Part shown: piece by piece, positions 36,227 to 50,188 of the stretch
Layout: each line of letters begins with the position of its first letter
How positions within the stretch are numbered: position 1 is the stretch's first letter
DNA from: Raja brachyura
Lineage: Eukaryota
Assembly (NCBI GenBank): GCA_963514005.1
Contig: OY740808.1
Location: forward strand, 11,532,001-11,596,000
Length of the DNA: 64,000 bases
Direction of reading: 5' to 3'
Notes under the pieces: generated by a model
The model's database searches: none
The model's input: only the letters and a program-made list of their open reading frames with translations
What the model was told of the DNA's origin: nothing
Position numbers and translations under genes: made by a program

Positions 36227-36381
36227 ATGGAGGGGGAGGGGAAGTCGAAGGTGGCCCCCAGTGTGGATTTCGACCACAGTTGCTCAGACAGTGTCGAATA
36301 TTTGACCCTGAACTTCGGGCCTTTTGAGACCGTGCACCGCTGGAGGAGGCTGCCGCCCTGCGATGAATTCGTGGGAGCCAG
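36227..36381 (+). CDS. LZTR1: LZTR1 coding exon 1
   Basis: gccATGg Kozak context; [52 protein letters not shown] matches the LZTR1 N-terminus; AG|gtaaca donor. Confidence 0.96.
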
Positions 36382-39300
36382 GTAACAAGAGGCGATGACA
36401 CTCTCAATAAGAAGCTTTAATTAATTCAGTCAGTGGCTTCTTCCATGTCCCCGGGTAGTCCTGTTCCTTCCACACATACAGACCCCGATTGTCAGTGATT
36501 CCGCAGAGGCGCATCCGCGAACTCCAGCAATAATTCCTTGTAAGCTTCTTGGGAAATATACATTCATCTTTAACCTCTTAATACTGCTGTTTACCTAAGG
36601 GACAATCGATGAGCATTGATGTTGCATATATACTGCAGACAGTAAATATCACGAGGATTCCATATTTCCTTGATCACACGCAATTCGGCCCATCAAATCA
36701 ATGACGACTCTCAAAAAACGTTATTAATTTTCCCTGCAAGCAATGTCCCACACATTCTCATTAAATCGTCTAAGATTGCACTATTTGCCCATTCATAGTG
36801 GATAGGGTACCATGGTCCATAACCTACCAGTCACACAGGAAACTGGATCAGAAGAAACAACAATGATGTATGTATGTGCTAATTCCATACAGGCAACACT
36901 GGAGGTTCAGATCAAAACTGCCCAAGCAGTAGCTCTACTCGAGGAATGATCACTTCAGTTATTATCAACATAGACAAGGAATGTGATTTAAAAGGCAAGA
37001 ATGATTAGGAATTTCTGATGTATTATGCCAAAGGGAGCTGAAATGTCATCCGTTCCTTCTCTCCAGAGATGCTGCCTCACCCACTGAGTTACTCCAGCAT
37101 TTTGTGTCTACCTTCGATTTAAACCAGCATCTGCAGTTCTTTCTTACACGAGCTGTAGAAGATGATACATGACTTAAAATACATTTGGACAATATATGGA
37201 TGGGAAAACTTTAGAGGGTCATGAGCCAATGCATGCGAATGGGTGAGCCCACTTGGAACTAGGGCGGCATTATCAAATGGCTGAATGGTCTTTTTCCATG
37301 CTGTATAGCTATATGACTATAATTAATTTTGAAGTTGTTATGGAGCAGATACAAAGAAATATACTTTACGAAAATATTAATTTCAGTGAGTTAAAACAAG
37401 TCCAGGAAAGCTGATATGAAAGATTACCTCATAGAATAGTAAGAATTCAATGGTTCTCGATTCCCCTACTCTGGGCATTACATTTTATCTGCTTACCCAT
37501 TGCCTTTTCTGGCATTTCCAGTATTCCACTTTATATTTCAAATTTCAGCAAAAGCTCTAACCTGCGTTTTGCTGATTTAATGTATTTCTTTGTACTTATT
37601 TCCTCTCAAACTGTCCTAATTAATGTGTTAATTCAACGAAGCATTGGGATCATCTCAGTGACATGGACCAGCGATAGGTACCTGGGATCAAGTGAATCCC
37701 TGAAGGGGTGCAGGAGTATACATAAGAAGGAAAACGGGAAGGGAAAAAAGGGGCTATACGATGGCTTTGGCTTAGAAGATTAACGAGAATCCAAAGATAT
37801 TTTACAAGGGAAAAGGAGTAGCTCAGGCGAGAATAGGGCCCCTCAACGACCAAAGTAGACATCTATGTGTGGAGCTGCAAACGATGGACCTTAATGAATA
37901 TTTCTCCTCTATTTGTACAGCAGCGAACAGACACGGAGAATAGGAAAGTTAATAGGGATGTCTTTGGGATATTCTGCAATGCATAATAAGAGATGCCGGA
38001 GTTCTTAAAACATTTGAAGATAGATAGATCAGAAGCCTGATAGGGTATATCCATGAATACTTCAGTGAACAAGAGAAAAAATTGTGTGAGCGTTGGCTGA
38101 GATACACACATCATCCTTAGTCAAGGGTGAAATGCCAGACGACTGGACAGTTGCTAATGTGCTTTTATTTAAGAAGGGCTGCCAAGAAATGCATGGGTGC
38201 TAATATAGATTAGTAAGCCTGGCATATGTGGTAGGTGAGTTGCTGGAGGGGATTCTGAAGGATAAGATGGATGTCCTTTTGGAAAGACGGAGGTTGATTG
38301 GGGATAGTCAGCTCGGCTTTGTGCATGGAAAATTATTTCTCACAAATTTGAGTTTTTTAAGAAGCAACGAAGAGAGTTGATGAGGACAGGGCGATAGATG
38401 CAGTCTATGTGGACTTCAACTGCTCTGGTAAGTTACATCGCATAGAATCCAGGGAGAGTTAGCTAATTGGATATATAATTGGCTTGATAGTAGGAAGCGG
38501 ATGCCCATGGTGGAAGGTAATTTTTCAGACTGAAGGTCCATGACTCGTGGTCTGTCTTGGGTCAGTACTAGGCCCATTGTTACTTGTTATCCATATCAAC
38601 AATTTGGATGAGAAGGTACAAAACATGGTCAGTAAGTTTGCAGATGATACTAAAATAGGTGGTATTGTAGATGGTGAAAGAGGTTATCAAGAATTACAGC
38701 AGGGTTTTCATCAGTTAGTAAGTCATCTAAGGAATGCCAAATTGAATTTAACTTAGATAAGAGTAACTTGTTGTATTTCGCTAGTTAGGGTTGGACTTTC
38801 ACAGTGAACAGGAAGGCTCTGGGGAGTGTTGTAGAACACAGAGAGATGGGAGTACTAGTATGTAGTTCTCTAACAGCGGCATCATGGGTTGATGTGGGAC
38901 GAAATCCTAGCACACTTGTCATCATTAGTAAGGCCTGAGAGTACAGAAGTTAGGATGTCATCCATCTCTTAAAACTAACTTGTCTTTTCACTTTCCCAGT
39001 TCTGACAAAGGTCTTCATCCTAAAATGTTATCTCCTCAATTCCTATCCAGAGTTGCATTCTGACGTTGAATGTTCTCAGGATTTTCTGTTTTTATTTCGG
39101 ATTTCCAGCAGTTTTCGTCTTCTCGTTTTAGAAAAAATCTAAAGTTAATGTCACAGTATTGGCAGGGATAGTAGATAAATTAGATATCTGCAAGGATGAT
39201 GGAGGCAGAACCCTTCAAGTCCCTGGGTGAGCCTTGTGGGCTACAAGGCCACGGACTGAGAACCGGGAAGGGCAGAATGATTCCATGTGCAGAAATTTCT

Positions 39301-39585
39301 GATTTGATGAAACCCTTACTGCATATTCATCCATCAATGACCCCTTACAAACCCACTACTGTGTACACATCCTCCCTGTAAGCCATTTAATCAAACAAAT
39401 CTCTTAAATAACCCCACATAAACATCTCGGTGATTACATAAAATTTTCAATAGCCCTAAATTATTCAGTACTTTCTCTCTTCTATACAAATCTCTCTACA
39501 GTATCCCCATACGTTACAAAAATACTATTTCAGTGTTTTCAGTTTATCAAAATGATTATCCATGATCCTTAGTTTAACTTGTTGA

Positions 39586-39732
<147 letters not shown>

Positions 39733-41967
39733 TGAGCCCATTAAGTAATCTAATTATTTAAAATGTATCATTACTTGGATAGGATCAGTTCTGCAACAAA
39801 TTGCACAGTAGCAGCTCTATGACTGAAGCTGGTCCTTGGGTGAACTCATGATCTTTGTTGTGTGAATCCATGATAATATAGCACCGTGGATCCACTGAAC
39901 AGAGTTCAGTGATGTGATAAACTCTGGCTTGGATCTTGATGGGTTTTGGTAGCGGTTCCATGCAGTACTACTAATATTTGTTGGCATACATACAGGTAGA
40001 TTTGGGGAGTTTGGTGTGTCCATAGAAGACCTAATTTTGCTTGTTGAGCTCTACCAGTAATTTCCTGTCCACACTCCACCACTAAAATCCAAAAATGAAA
40101 AAAATGGAATGCGATTTTGTTGCAATTCCCCAATCCAATCTCTGATGCTGAAATCTAGTGGCTGTGGAGAAGACATTTAGGCTGGTTACATTTTAGTAAC
40201 TCTTTGAGTTGTGTGCAATGTTTTATGATTTATTTGAACAATGTTTTTTATTTGCATGTCTGGAGTGATAGATTGTAAATTGATAGACTGCCCCCACCCT
40301 GTCCTTATCTCAGAGCTTTTTGCAGGTAGGCCTGGCTCTGGGCCATTCGTATTGCAGAGCTGTTGGAGGCAGCATGGCTGGACGTACGGATTGATAGAAG
40401 TTAAGTTGGGGTGGGGGGAGAGAATGTGATGTTCTGATGGTAGTTCCAACCGGTGATTTGCCTATCACTGCAGAGATGACAAAAGTTGCAGCATGTCAGA
40501 TATTCCACTGAAATCATTTTTTAGAATATATGATTTAAATTAAACATGAAGAGAGGTGCCTTTCTTTTCCGTATTTAATCAGTTCTTGCATAACAATGCT
40601 GCAATGCAATAAATCTTAATGCAAATTTGAACAAGTACATCCTTTTGAAACATTTTGCAACTAAACATTAAATGCTGGAGGCACAATATCAGATTTCTTT
40701 TACTCTTAAATGGCCTGTGCACATATTAATCCAGTGGTTTGAAATCTATATCTAGTCATAAAGATAGACTTACATGTTACTGCAGCATATTATGTTAGTT
40801 TACATAGTGGGTGTCTAAAATTTAACATATTTTGGTTATTTTAGATCAATACCACAGGAGATGCACTAAAATATTAATAACGCATGCAGCACATACATCA
40901 TTAATTTATCAAATTTTGTAACAGATGGATAGCAATTGCAGCGGAAAATGTGGGGATTTTTCAGTTAACGCTTTGTTGACTTCTGAGAGGGACAATGGCT
41001 TCTGTTTACCTACGGAAATTGATCCCTGACCAATCAATATAATGTCCCTGCATTTGTAGAGCACTTTCCTTTGCTTGAGCAAAACCACAAAAGATCTCCT
41101 CGTGTTTAGTGCTGAAAACAAATATTGTTAGTAAATCGATGATGACTGTTGTGCAGCGACATCTTGGGTAGTTTATCTGCAGCAATAGAAGCATTGTAAA
41201 TAGTATCAGGGAAAACAACGGTAGTTTAAGGTTAATGTCTTCATTTGGGATGCCTAGCTTGAGATGTGCAGTGTTTTTGTCCAACTTCTTGTTCTAGTTG
41301 TAAGTTATTGGTCCTTCTTGGTAGGTATGCCAAGGGTTTTATGTGACGAAAGTAGGCTTCCACACTGCTCAGCGTAATTTTGTAATTATAAAAATAATAC
41401 AACTTGGAATGCATTATTTACTGGGGTATCGTTAGTTGCTTCTTGGCCAGTTATAATGTGGGTTGTGTGTTGGATAAACTTCCCAGTCACCTTCAGAACC
41501 ATGTGAAACAGCAACACTTAATGCTGCGATAATGTTCAAACTTCCATCAAATTGGCAACAACTGTCTTATTGTAGTGAAAATATTGCTAGGCTTAAATAG
41601 ATTTGCAGTATTGGATAAGGACATGAACACAGTCTTATGTATACTCTAGCATAATTGTGATTGACAAGATTTGAATAGCCCCAGTGAAAGGTCCCAGTAG
41701 ATTTTTACAACATTTTGAAATACCCAAGAATGTTTGGAATCAAATATTTGCTAATGGAAAAAAAGCCAAAATGTGATTTGAATGTTTCAGCTCGAGATGC
41801 ATATAGGCATGGAACCGTGGCAACGTGCAGCAGTGATACTGTATTACCACAACTGGGGCACAAGAGTCAATGAACCCTTTGTGTGCACAGTGGTATAAAA
41901 AGGAAAATGTAATGAAAGCAAATTAATCTTACATGTTGAATGATCCACTAACTTTGTTTTTCTGCAG

Positions 41968-42024
41968 AAAGAATATGTTAAATGACCTGTTAAGATTTGA
42001 TGTGAAGGACTGCTCTTGGTGCAG
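41968..42024 (+). CDS. LZTR1: LZTR1 exon 3
   Basis: ctgcag|..KNMLNDLLRFDVKDCSWCR|gtatgt; 57 nt. Confidence 0.96.
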
Positions 42025-42670
42025 GTATGTGCAAGAACAATGTACAAGGACAATAACAAATTTGAAAAGTTCACATCAGGAATATATATATATTTGTTGT
42101 TATATATAATTAGAATAGTTTTAATGGAAAAGCAACCCCCAGGATGCTTTGTATAGGCATTAGAAAACAAATTATAACCCACTACTTGACTGATTCCAAT
42201 GGGTGATCAATGATGTAATTCCATTAAATCCAAGAAAGAACAAGCATGGCTGAGCGTTCTATTTTGATTGATGTAGATTGATGTGAGAAGGCATAAAGGG
42301 ACAGTGGGATCCATAAATTAAAATGATAGTAATATTCTAGTGTGAAATTGGATCTTTAATAATGTGGAGATAGTGATATTTTTACCAACTGAAATTTGTG
42401 TTCAATTTGTTGGCCGTAATTGATCTTAATTGTGCATTGAGTAGAAAAAATATATATTCCTGATGTGAACTTTGATTGGCCACTGCTGCAGGTGCTTTAA
42501 TGCCGTTATCAGACTATATTTGGATTTTGGGACTACATTTGGGTCTCCGGTTTCAATGGTTGAATCGATCAAACTTTCTGCATGGAACTCCGGAAGTTTG
42601 ATCAATGTTTTCATATTTGTTATTTTGTCCATAATTGGTAACTCTACTTCCAGCACACCAGGGTGTCTAA

Positions 42671-43042
<372 letters not shown>

Positions 43043-44263
43043 TAGAATGGGGGAGTTCTGAGCAATCACTGGAAAGTAAATAGTATCCATGTTCATTGCA
43101 AGTTATTCTAGACTTGAAGCACATTTGACAATTTCAACTCGTATTGATCTCTTTCCAGAAGGTACTTTTATTAAAATCACTATATTCTCAGAAGCAGACA
43201 CAGTCTGGATTTTATGTTATCATGAACTGTAGAAGAATTGCTTTAATCTAACCCTCCTGCAGTCTTAACCTTATATTGTTTTGTATTAATGGGACTGAAG
43301 CAATTAAAGTAAGCAGCAAATTGAAAAGATCAGTGCATTAGAAAAAAACAGGGATTAATTTCTGATGAGCTTCAATTTTTCATGCTTGTAGCTTAAGAGA
43401 TTGATTCAAGGAGGGGGAATTTCTGTTTTAATGTCTTATGTACATGGATTAACAGGAGGGCAATGAAGTATTGACTTCAATAAACATAGCCAATATAAAC
43501 TGTTATAATTGCTAAATGAGGAGAAAAAAACTGTCAGCAAAATAAACTCTCTTGCCTCACATGCCAACTTCCTGAAATAGCAGTTTTTGACAGCAGATCA
43601 ATTGCTTGTGCAGTTGCATAAATATAATAATGTGAGACAGGGGATGATTCATTGCTTTGCTTGTGGGGAAGGTTGCAGCTTCTTGTTGCTGAGGCTTTCC
43701 GTAAATTAACATTAGACCTTACAAAACCTAGAAATAACCTGCCAGGAAAAATCCAGATATGCAATATGTTGTTATTGTAATGATTACAGTGAGTCGAGAA
43801 TTTGTATAGTTAAGAAAATCATGTTTTTATAGTGCTTTATGTGATGTCTCAGTCAGTGATGTATCGGCGCCATAATGATAAGGAATAACGTTGTGGGGGA
43901 AACCTTACTCTGGATACCATCAGTGTTCTCTTGCACTACTGTAATTAATACAAGGAAATCCTTAGTGTCAACATGAGAGGGCAGGGAGAAAATACTGCTG
44001 GAGGAACTCAGCGGATAAGGCAGAGAAAAAATGGACCGACAATATTGTGGGTCAGGGCATCTTCAGGCTGGGAGCGCCTTGGTTTTGTGTTTTGTCTGAC
44101 AATATGCTTTCATTTTGGAGTTGGTCTTGCTCATAACCACTTTACTTATATGAATTGTATTGAAAATTCAAAAAAGTTAAATTTAGCAAATCATTAAAGA
44201 ATAAAATGTAGCTTAAGACGGGAGGTAATGTTATGTTGCAGATGGAATTCGCTATGGTTATGA

Positions 44264-44425
<162 letters not shown>

Positions 44426-45211
44426 TGAGCTTTGTCAATAATTGTGCTTGGTGTCTAATTTAACCAATTTGGAGGGAAATATCTGTAAGTATAGGGGTGG
44501 GTGGTATAGTAACGTTACCATGCTCCACTTTCCTGTGCCGCAAGAAGTTTATTTTTTTGGATAAGCTCTAAAACATCTTTGAAGACTGTTATCAACTATT
44601 CAAAATAGATTTTTAAGAGTATTAATTAACATTTTGACAGTCTGCAACATAATGACATGTGATGTTACTTCAGCCAAATTTGCTTTCGTAGGGACTTTCA
44701 TTGGCAAATTGTAAAAAAAAATGTAATTATAGTGTATATGTTTTAATGATTTTTTTTTTCCATTTCTCAATTGTTCCCCCTGTTGCATGCATATTTGTTT
44801 GTAAACCAATAACAGACTCTGGCTTGCTGATCCTCTCCCCAACGTCAAGGCTATTTTATCATAGAGAAGAATAATAATTGACCGATTAAATCTTTCAATC
44901 AATGCCTCGGTCTGTACAGTTAAAGTTGCAGATGATGCACTGCTGCACAAAGCGTAAATGCAATCCATCAATATTTATTTGCTCATTTAAATCTGGATTT
45001 TCATTCAATAGATGTGCATTCTATAATAATCATTTATCAGTTCTCAGCAAATATTGCTCTGTATCAAATATGTGGAGCAGCCTAGTCATCTTTCTCTGTC
45101 AGGATACATGGAATTATAAAACAGAATAAAGCACACCAAAAAGATATAGCCATGTTTTCTTTTACACATTGTTATTATTTTGGGTTTTTTTATTTGTTTG
45201 CTAATTTAGTA

Positions 45212-45485
45212 GAATTGGCATGGAATCTGGCCCTCCAGCCGACTATGTCCATGCCATACATACGTAATGTTATTCTATGTTATCCCACCTTCTCATCCAC
45301 CCTCTACACACCATGAGAAATTTACCTGCAAACCCACATGTTATTGGGATGCGAGAGGAAACTAGAGCCTCCGGAGGAAACGCACACAATAACAGGGAGA
45401 ACATGCAAACCACACAGGTAGCACTCATGGTCGGGATCAAACCCGGGTCCCTGGCCTGTCAGACAGCAGCTCTACTATGCCACAC
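45212..45485 (-). mobile_element. V-SINE/HE1-like SINE, degraded
   Basis: acagggagaacatgcaaac..gggatcaaacccgggtccctgg..cagcagctctac is the reverse of the 17454 family. Confidence 0.65.
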
Positions 45486-45675
45486 AAGGTAGGGCTCCTT
45501 GTCATTGTCTGTGTGACAATGAAGTATCATCATCGTGAGAATCCTAATGTACTCTTTCGTAATGAGTGACTATAAACTATCTGAACTCCTCAACTAGTTA
45601 AGTGGTCCACAAGCAGAATTTTCTTGTATTTTGTATATTCTGCTGAAGGTTGATGACCATTAATTTAGTGCATAA

Positions 45676-45786
<111 letters not shown>

Positions 45787-46329
45787 TAAGGTGAATATTA
45801 AAGTGCTAAACTCCAGTCTAATTTGCAATGTTGGTCAGAAATTGCAGTCAATTATACATTTACAGCATATACTTGGTAGCTGATAGGTTTAGCTGGATTA
45901 GAGTATTATGCAGATCTGCACAAAAACAGTGCTATCGGAACCCAGTGGGTCAGGCAACATCTGTGGGGGAAATAAACAGTTGACGTTTTGGGTCGGGACC
46001 TTTCTTCAGACTTTCCTCGGTATGGACATTCTGTATGGCCTTAATAACATCAAGAGCAGAGCAATCTGAGCAAACTTCATCTCAGCCTTGCATATTTTAG
46101 GTTATATGTGCCTCTTAATATCACTCGGATGGTTGACAGTAGGCAGGGTATTAATTAATCACTTTGGATTTATCCTGCATTTTGCAAACAGGGAATACCT
46201 GGGAAGTTTTAACATTGTTGGATGCTATACAATATTCTAACTCTAGAAATCAAATTCTTGATTTGCTCAGGATGATATGGAGATACTATATGTTGATATG
46301 GTAGTTAATGGTGATACCTTTTCTTTCAG

Positions 46330-46387
46330 ACTGAATGATATGTGGACCATAGGTCTCCAAGATAGAGAGATGGCATGCTGGGATGAG
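46330..46387 (+). CDS. LZTR1: LZTR1 exon 7
   Basis: tttcag|..[19 protein letters not shown]|gtaaga; 58 nt. Confidence 0.96.
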
Positions 46388-46475
46388 GTAAGAAGATGGA
46401 AATATAGCAATTAGTTGCAATTAAAGCTGCTGTGAGCTCTTAAAATAAACAAGCCCTATCGATTATTGTGTTTTG

Positions 46476-46760
46476 GTTGATTGAAAGACACAACACAAAC
46501 AGACCTTTCGGCTGATCATCGATCACCCATTCACACTAATTCTATGTTTTCCCACTTTCGCATCCACTCGCGACACACTAGGGGCAACTTACACAGGCCG
46601 ATTAACCTACAATCTCGCACATCTTTGGGATGTGGGAGGAAACCCGAGTCCTCAGAGGAAACCCGAGTGGTTACAAAGAGAAGGTCCAAACTCTACATAG
46701 ACAGCACCCGAGGTCAGGATCGAACCCGGGTCTCTGGCACTGTCAAGCAGCAGCTGTAAC
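46476..46760 (-). mobile_element. V-SINE/HE1-like SINE
   Basis: aaactctacatagacagcacccgaggtcaggatcgaacccgggtctctggc. Confidence 0.75.
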
Positions 46761-47205
46761 CCCAAGTGCATCTCATCTTGACTGGACAGTTTTTCTACTA
46801 TCAATCTTCTACATACCTGCTCTTTATTTTTAATTATTTTCAATATCATTCATGTATCCTTTACTGCAACACTGACTGCATTATCTTCTCTAATTAAGCT
46901 GCAATATATTTGTTTATTCTGTTGAGTCTATCTTCTGCCTCTTTTAGATCGTTCAGCCTTTAATAGATCCTATCCTATATTTGGAAAATATAGTATTGTA
47001 TTTATAGACAGGCTTAATTTTCTGTTGTACAATATTCATACTGAAAATGTCCTCTCATTCCAGATTTTACGTTCTCAATTGTCCGCATAGTATTCATTTT
47101 AGGCTGCTTCTATCAGCTTTGCATTTGTCTAAACCATTTGGTTTGGAAAAACACTTCTGTAGGTTGCAATCACAAATATAATCTGCTGTGTCTGTTTTGT
47201 TTTAG

Positions 47206-47345
47206 ATTGAGCAGAGTGGAGAGATCCCTCCGTCATGTTGCAACTTCCCTGTGGCTGTCTGCAAGGACAAGATGTTTGTTTTCTCAGGACAGAGTGGGGC
47301 AAAGATCACCAATAATCTTTTTCAGTTTGAATTCATGGAAAAAGT
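47206..47345 (+). CDS. LZTR1: LZTR1 exon 8
   Basis: ttttag|[47 protein letters not shown]|gtacgt; 140 nt. Confidence 0.96.
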
Positions 47346-48251
47346 GTACGTGCTCTGTAGTTATTCTTTCTAATTGCTGTTATCCTTAATAAACTAGTGT
47401 AATTCTTCTTTGAGTGCCAGAGGCCCTGAGGAAAGGAAACTCTGCTCAGGAAAGATGAGATTTGGGGATTTAGAGAAGGAACTATTGTTTTCTCATCAAA
47501 TGTTGATGCAAAGGCCCCCTGACTTACTCAGCAAGTGTTCAGTCACTTGGGAGTTATAAAAATGTATTTATAGAGGTAATTATGTTCAGAGAAAATCACT
47601 GATAACTTAATGTTAATATATGATCATTTCTGAATAAAGAGTCAGTTTCTTGAAGGTAGACACAATGGTGGAGAAACTCAGTGGGGCAGGCAGCATCCCT
47701 GGAGAGAAGGAATGGGTGATGTTTTGGGTTGAGACCCATTTCTTGATCCAAGTTCTTTGCCAACTTACAATTTAATTGATATTTGTGCCAGTCTATGCTT
47801 TTTATCCTCGTCTAGAATATCTGTGCTCAGACTGCAATTGCAAAAGCTACCTGTATTCCACCATAGTATACCCTGTAATATTAAATTTATTTTCATTTCA
47901 TTTAAAAAAAATCAATTCTGTTTCTCCCCTCTAAAAGTTGGTGTTCATTATAAGATGACACCGTCCAATGTTCATTTGTTGAAGTACAATTTAAATTATT
48001 AACAATGTCAGAACGTATACAGCCAGACAGGAATCTCGTGATCTTTGGATCATATATCTGTGAATCTGGGAGTAGAACAAGCTTTGCTCCACTGTTGTGC
48101 CATGTTTTTACTGTGGCTATTCTATTTTAAGTAATCTCTTTCCAGCTGTAAATAAAAACAACTTTCAGTAACATTACTCATTTGAGGGTGTCTCATGGGT
48201 GATGAACCTGTTTTATATTAATTTGTATTTCAGTTATCACAAATAGTTTAA

Positions 48252-48482
<231 letters not shown>

Positions 48483-48935
48483 TGAGTCCTGTATTCTACT
48501 GAGCTTAAATGTAGGATTTTTAAAAATAATTTTCGTAGCATTCTGAAAAATATTGACATAACTTGATTTCATTGGATTTTAAAATTGTTTTCAGCAAACT
48601 ACTGAAACTGTTTTCATCAAAATCTCAAGGAATTTTGAGCTGGAAAGGTCCCTCCTTGAAAGTTCTGATTAATTGCAATATCTTTGCAGTAGTTTGAATG
48701 AAATGTCACCTTTCTGGTTCTCACTCGTTAGCACGCAACAAAAGCTTTTCACTGTACCTCAGTACACTTGACAATAAACTACACTAAACTAAACCTTTCA
48801 TGCTCATTTCTTTTCTACTTGATGTTAGCTGTTTTTAATTATGAAAGCATGTTGAGTACCAAAACATACAGAAGGGAGCATGGATGAGTGTGCTGTACCA
48901 TTGTCCTTAAGGAGTATTTGCCTTCTCTGTCTTAC

Positions 48936-49363
48936 AGGGCTCTTACTTAAGGCTTACAGGTCCCACTTAGGCTATTTTTAGGCGACTGTCATAGGCTTAG
49001 CTGGTCGCCAAAAAAATGGCGACTGGACCCCCCTTCGACAAAATTTGAAATAGAATCATTACTTTAACAAAAAAAAAACGAGGTCATTACCGGCGACAAC
49101 CTACGTTAACCTGGCAACAACTACGACAGCACCTACGTCAGGAGAAGTCAAGCAACGCTCATTGGCGTTTAATCTACTGTCGCTGACTTTCTCCAAAAAT
49201 CTTTCAACATGTTAAAAATCCAGCGGCGACCAGAAAGACGCTACGACTCTTTGGACGACTGAGGAGACTACTCACGACCATATAGGTGACACACCGGCGA
49301 CCATGTGGTGACAGCCTAGTCGCCTGTAGTCGCCTACAGAATAGCTTAAGTGGGACAGGCCCT
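48936..49363. mobile_element. PIF/Harbinger-type MITE with a scrambled left end
   Basis: gtcccacttaggctatttttaggcgact..agtcgcctacagaatagcttaagtgggacaggccct|tta; same terminal motif as the 10350 element. Confidence 0.75.
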
Positions 49364-50143
49364 TTAGAGTTAAACAGCAAGAAATCAGGTCCTCACGCCC
49401 AACTCGTTCATGCTCACTAAGATACCCCACTCTCTTTGTCAATTGCATTTGCCTGCGTTTAGCCCATATCCCTCTAAATCTTTCCTATCCACGAGCTTCT
49501 GTTTTGACACTAACCTTTGAATGCAAACTAATTTTGGTGATTTATTTTCTGTTTTACAATTGGCCTCATTTTAATTCATGAATTATGATGAATGTAGAGA
49601 TTTATCAGTGGCTCATAATGACTTCTAACAGAAAAGAGCCACTGGCACATCAGTGTTTTCTAAGAAGTTCTGTCCAGTTGCCCAAGTTTTTTTTTATACC
49701 TGAAGAATGCTTTGCTGAGATGATTGTTAATGTGTTTCCATAGCTCAGTATAAAGCAATTTGCAAATGGTCCAACCAATATTGGTAGTTTGGATCAAAAA
49801 CGAAGTGCAGATATTACACACCCAGGAAAAGACATAGTTCTTTTCGTCAGAGGAAGATTAATGTATGTAAAATGCCTTTTTCCCTTCAAAGATCTTGACT
49901 GATCAATGTGTCTCCCACACAGTTTCTCGTTGAAATTTATTTTGGGACAATTAACATGTAGTCTATGTTGAAAACCCAACTAATCCATGTCGGTGTTTAA
50001 AATCCGTACATGTCTCCTTTTGTTCTATTTATCTGTATTATATTTTATCTAATAAACTTCAGAATCTCATGCCACTTTTAGGTGCCATCATATTCTTAGT
50101 GTTTGAATCTCACCATGTATATTTTACTGTCTCCAAACTATAG

Positions 50144-50188
50144 GGGAGCAACTTGTACACGGAGGCAATTTATGATCCTGATTTCATG
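50144..50188 (+). CDS. Candidate 45-nt cassette exon of LZTR1 (GSNLYTEAIYDPDFM)
   Basis: ttttactgtctccaaactatag| acceptor, ATG|gtaagt consensus donor, open, phase 0/0 matching the flanking exons; no homology recognised. Confidence 0.4.

Larger units (their letters stand above)
35930..36400 (+). promoter_or_regulatory. CpG-rich promoter and first exon region of LZTR1
   Basis: Sharp rise in GC and CpG content around exon 1 against an AT-rich background. Confidence 0.8.
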
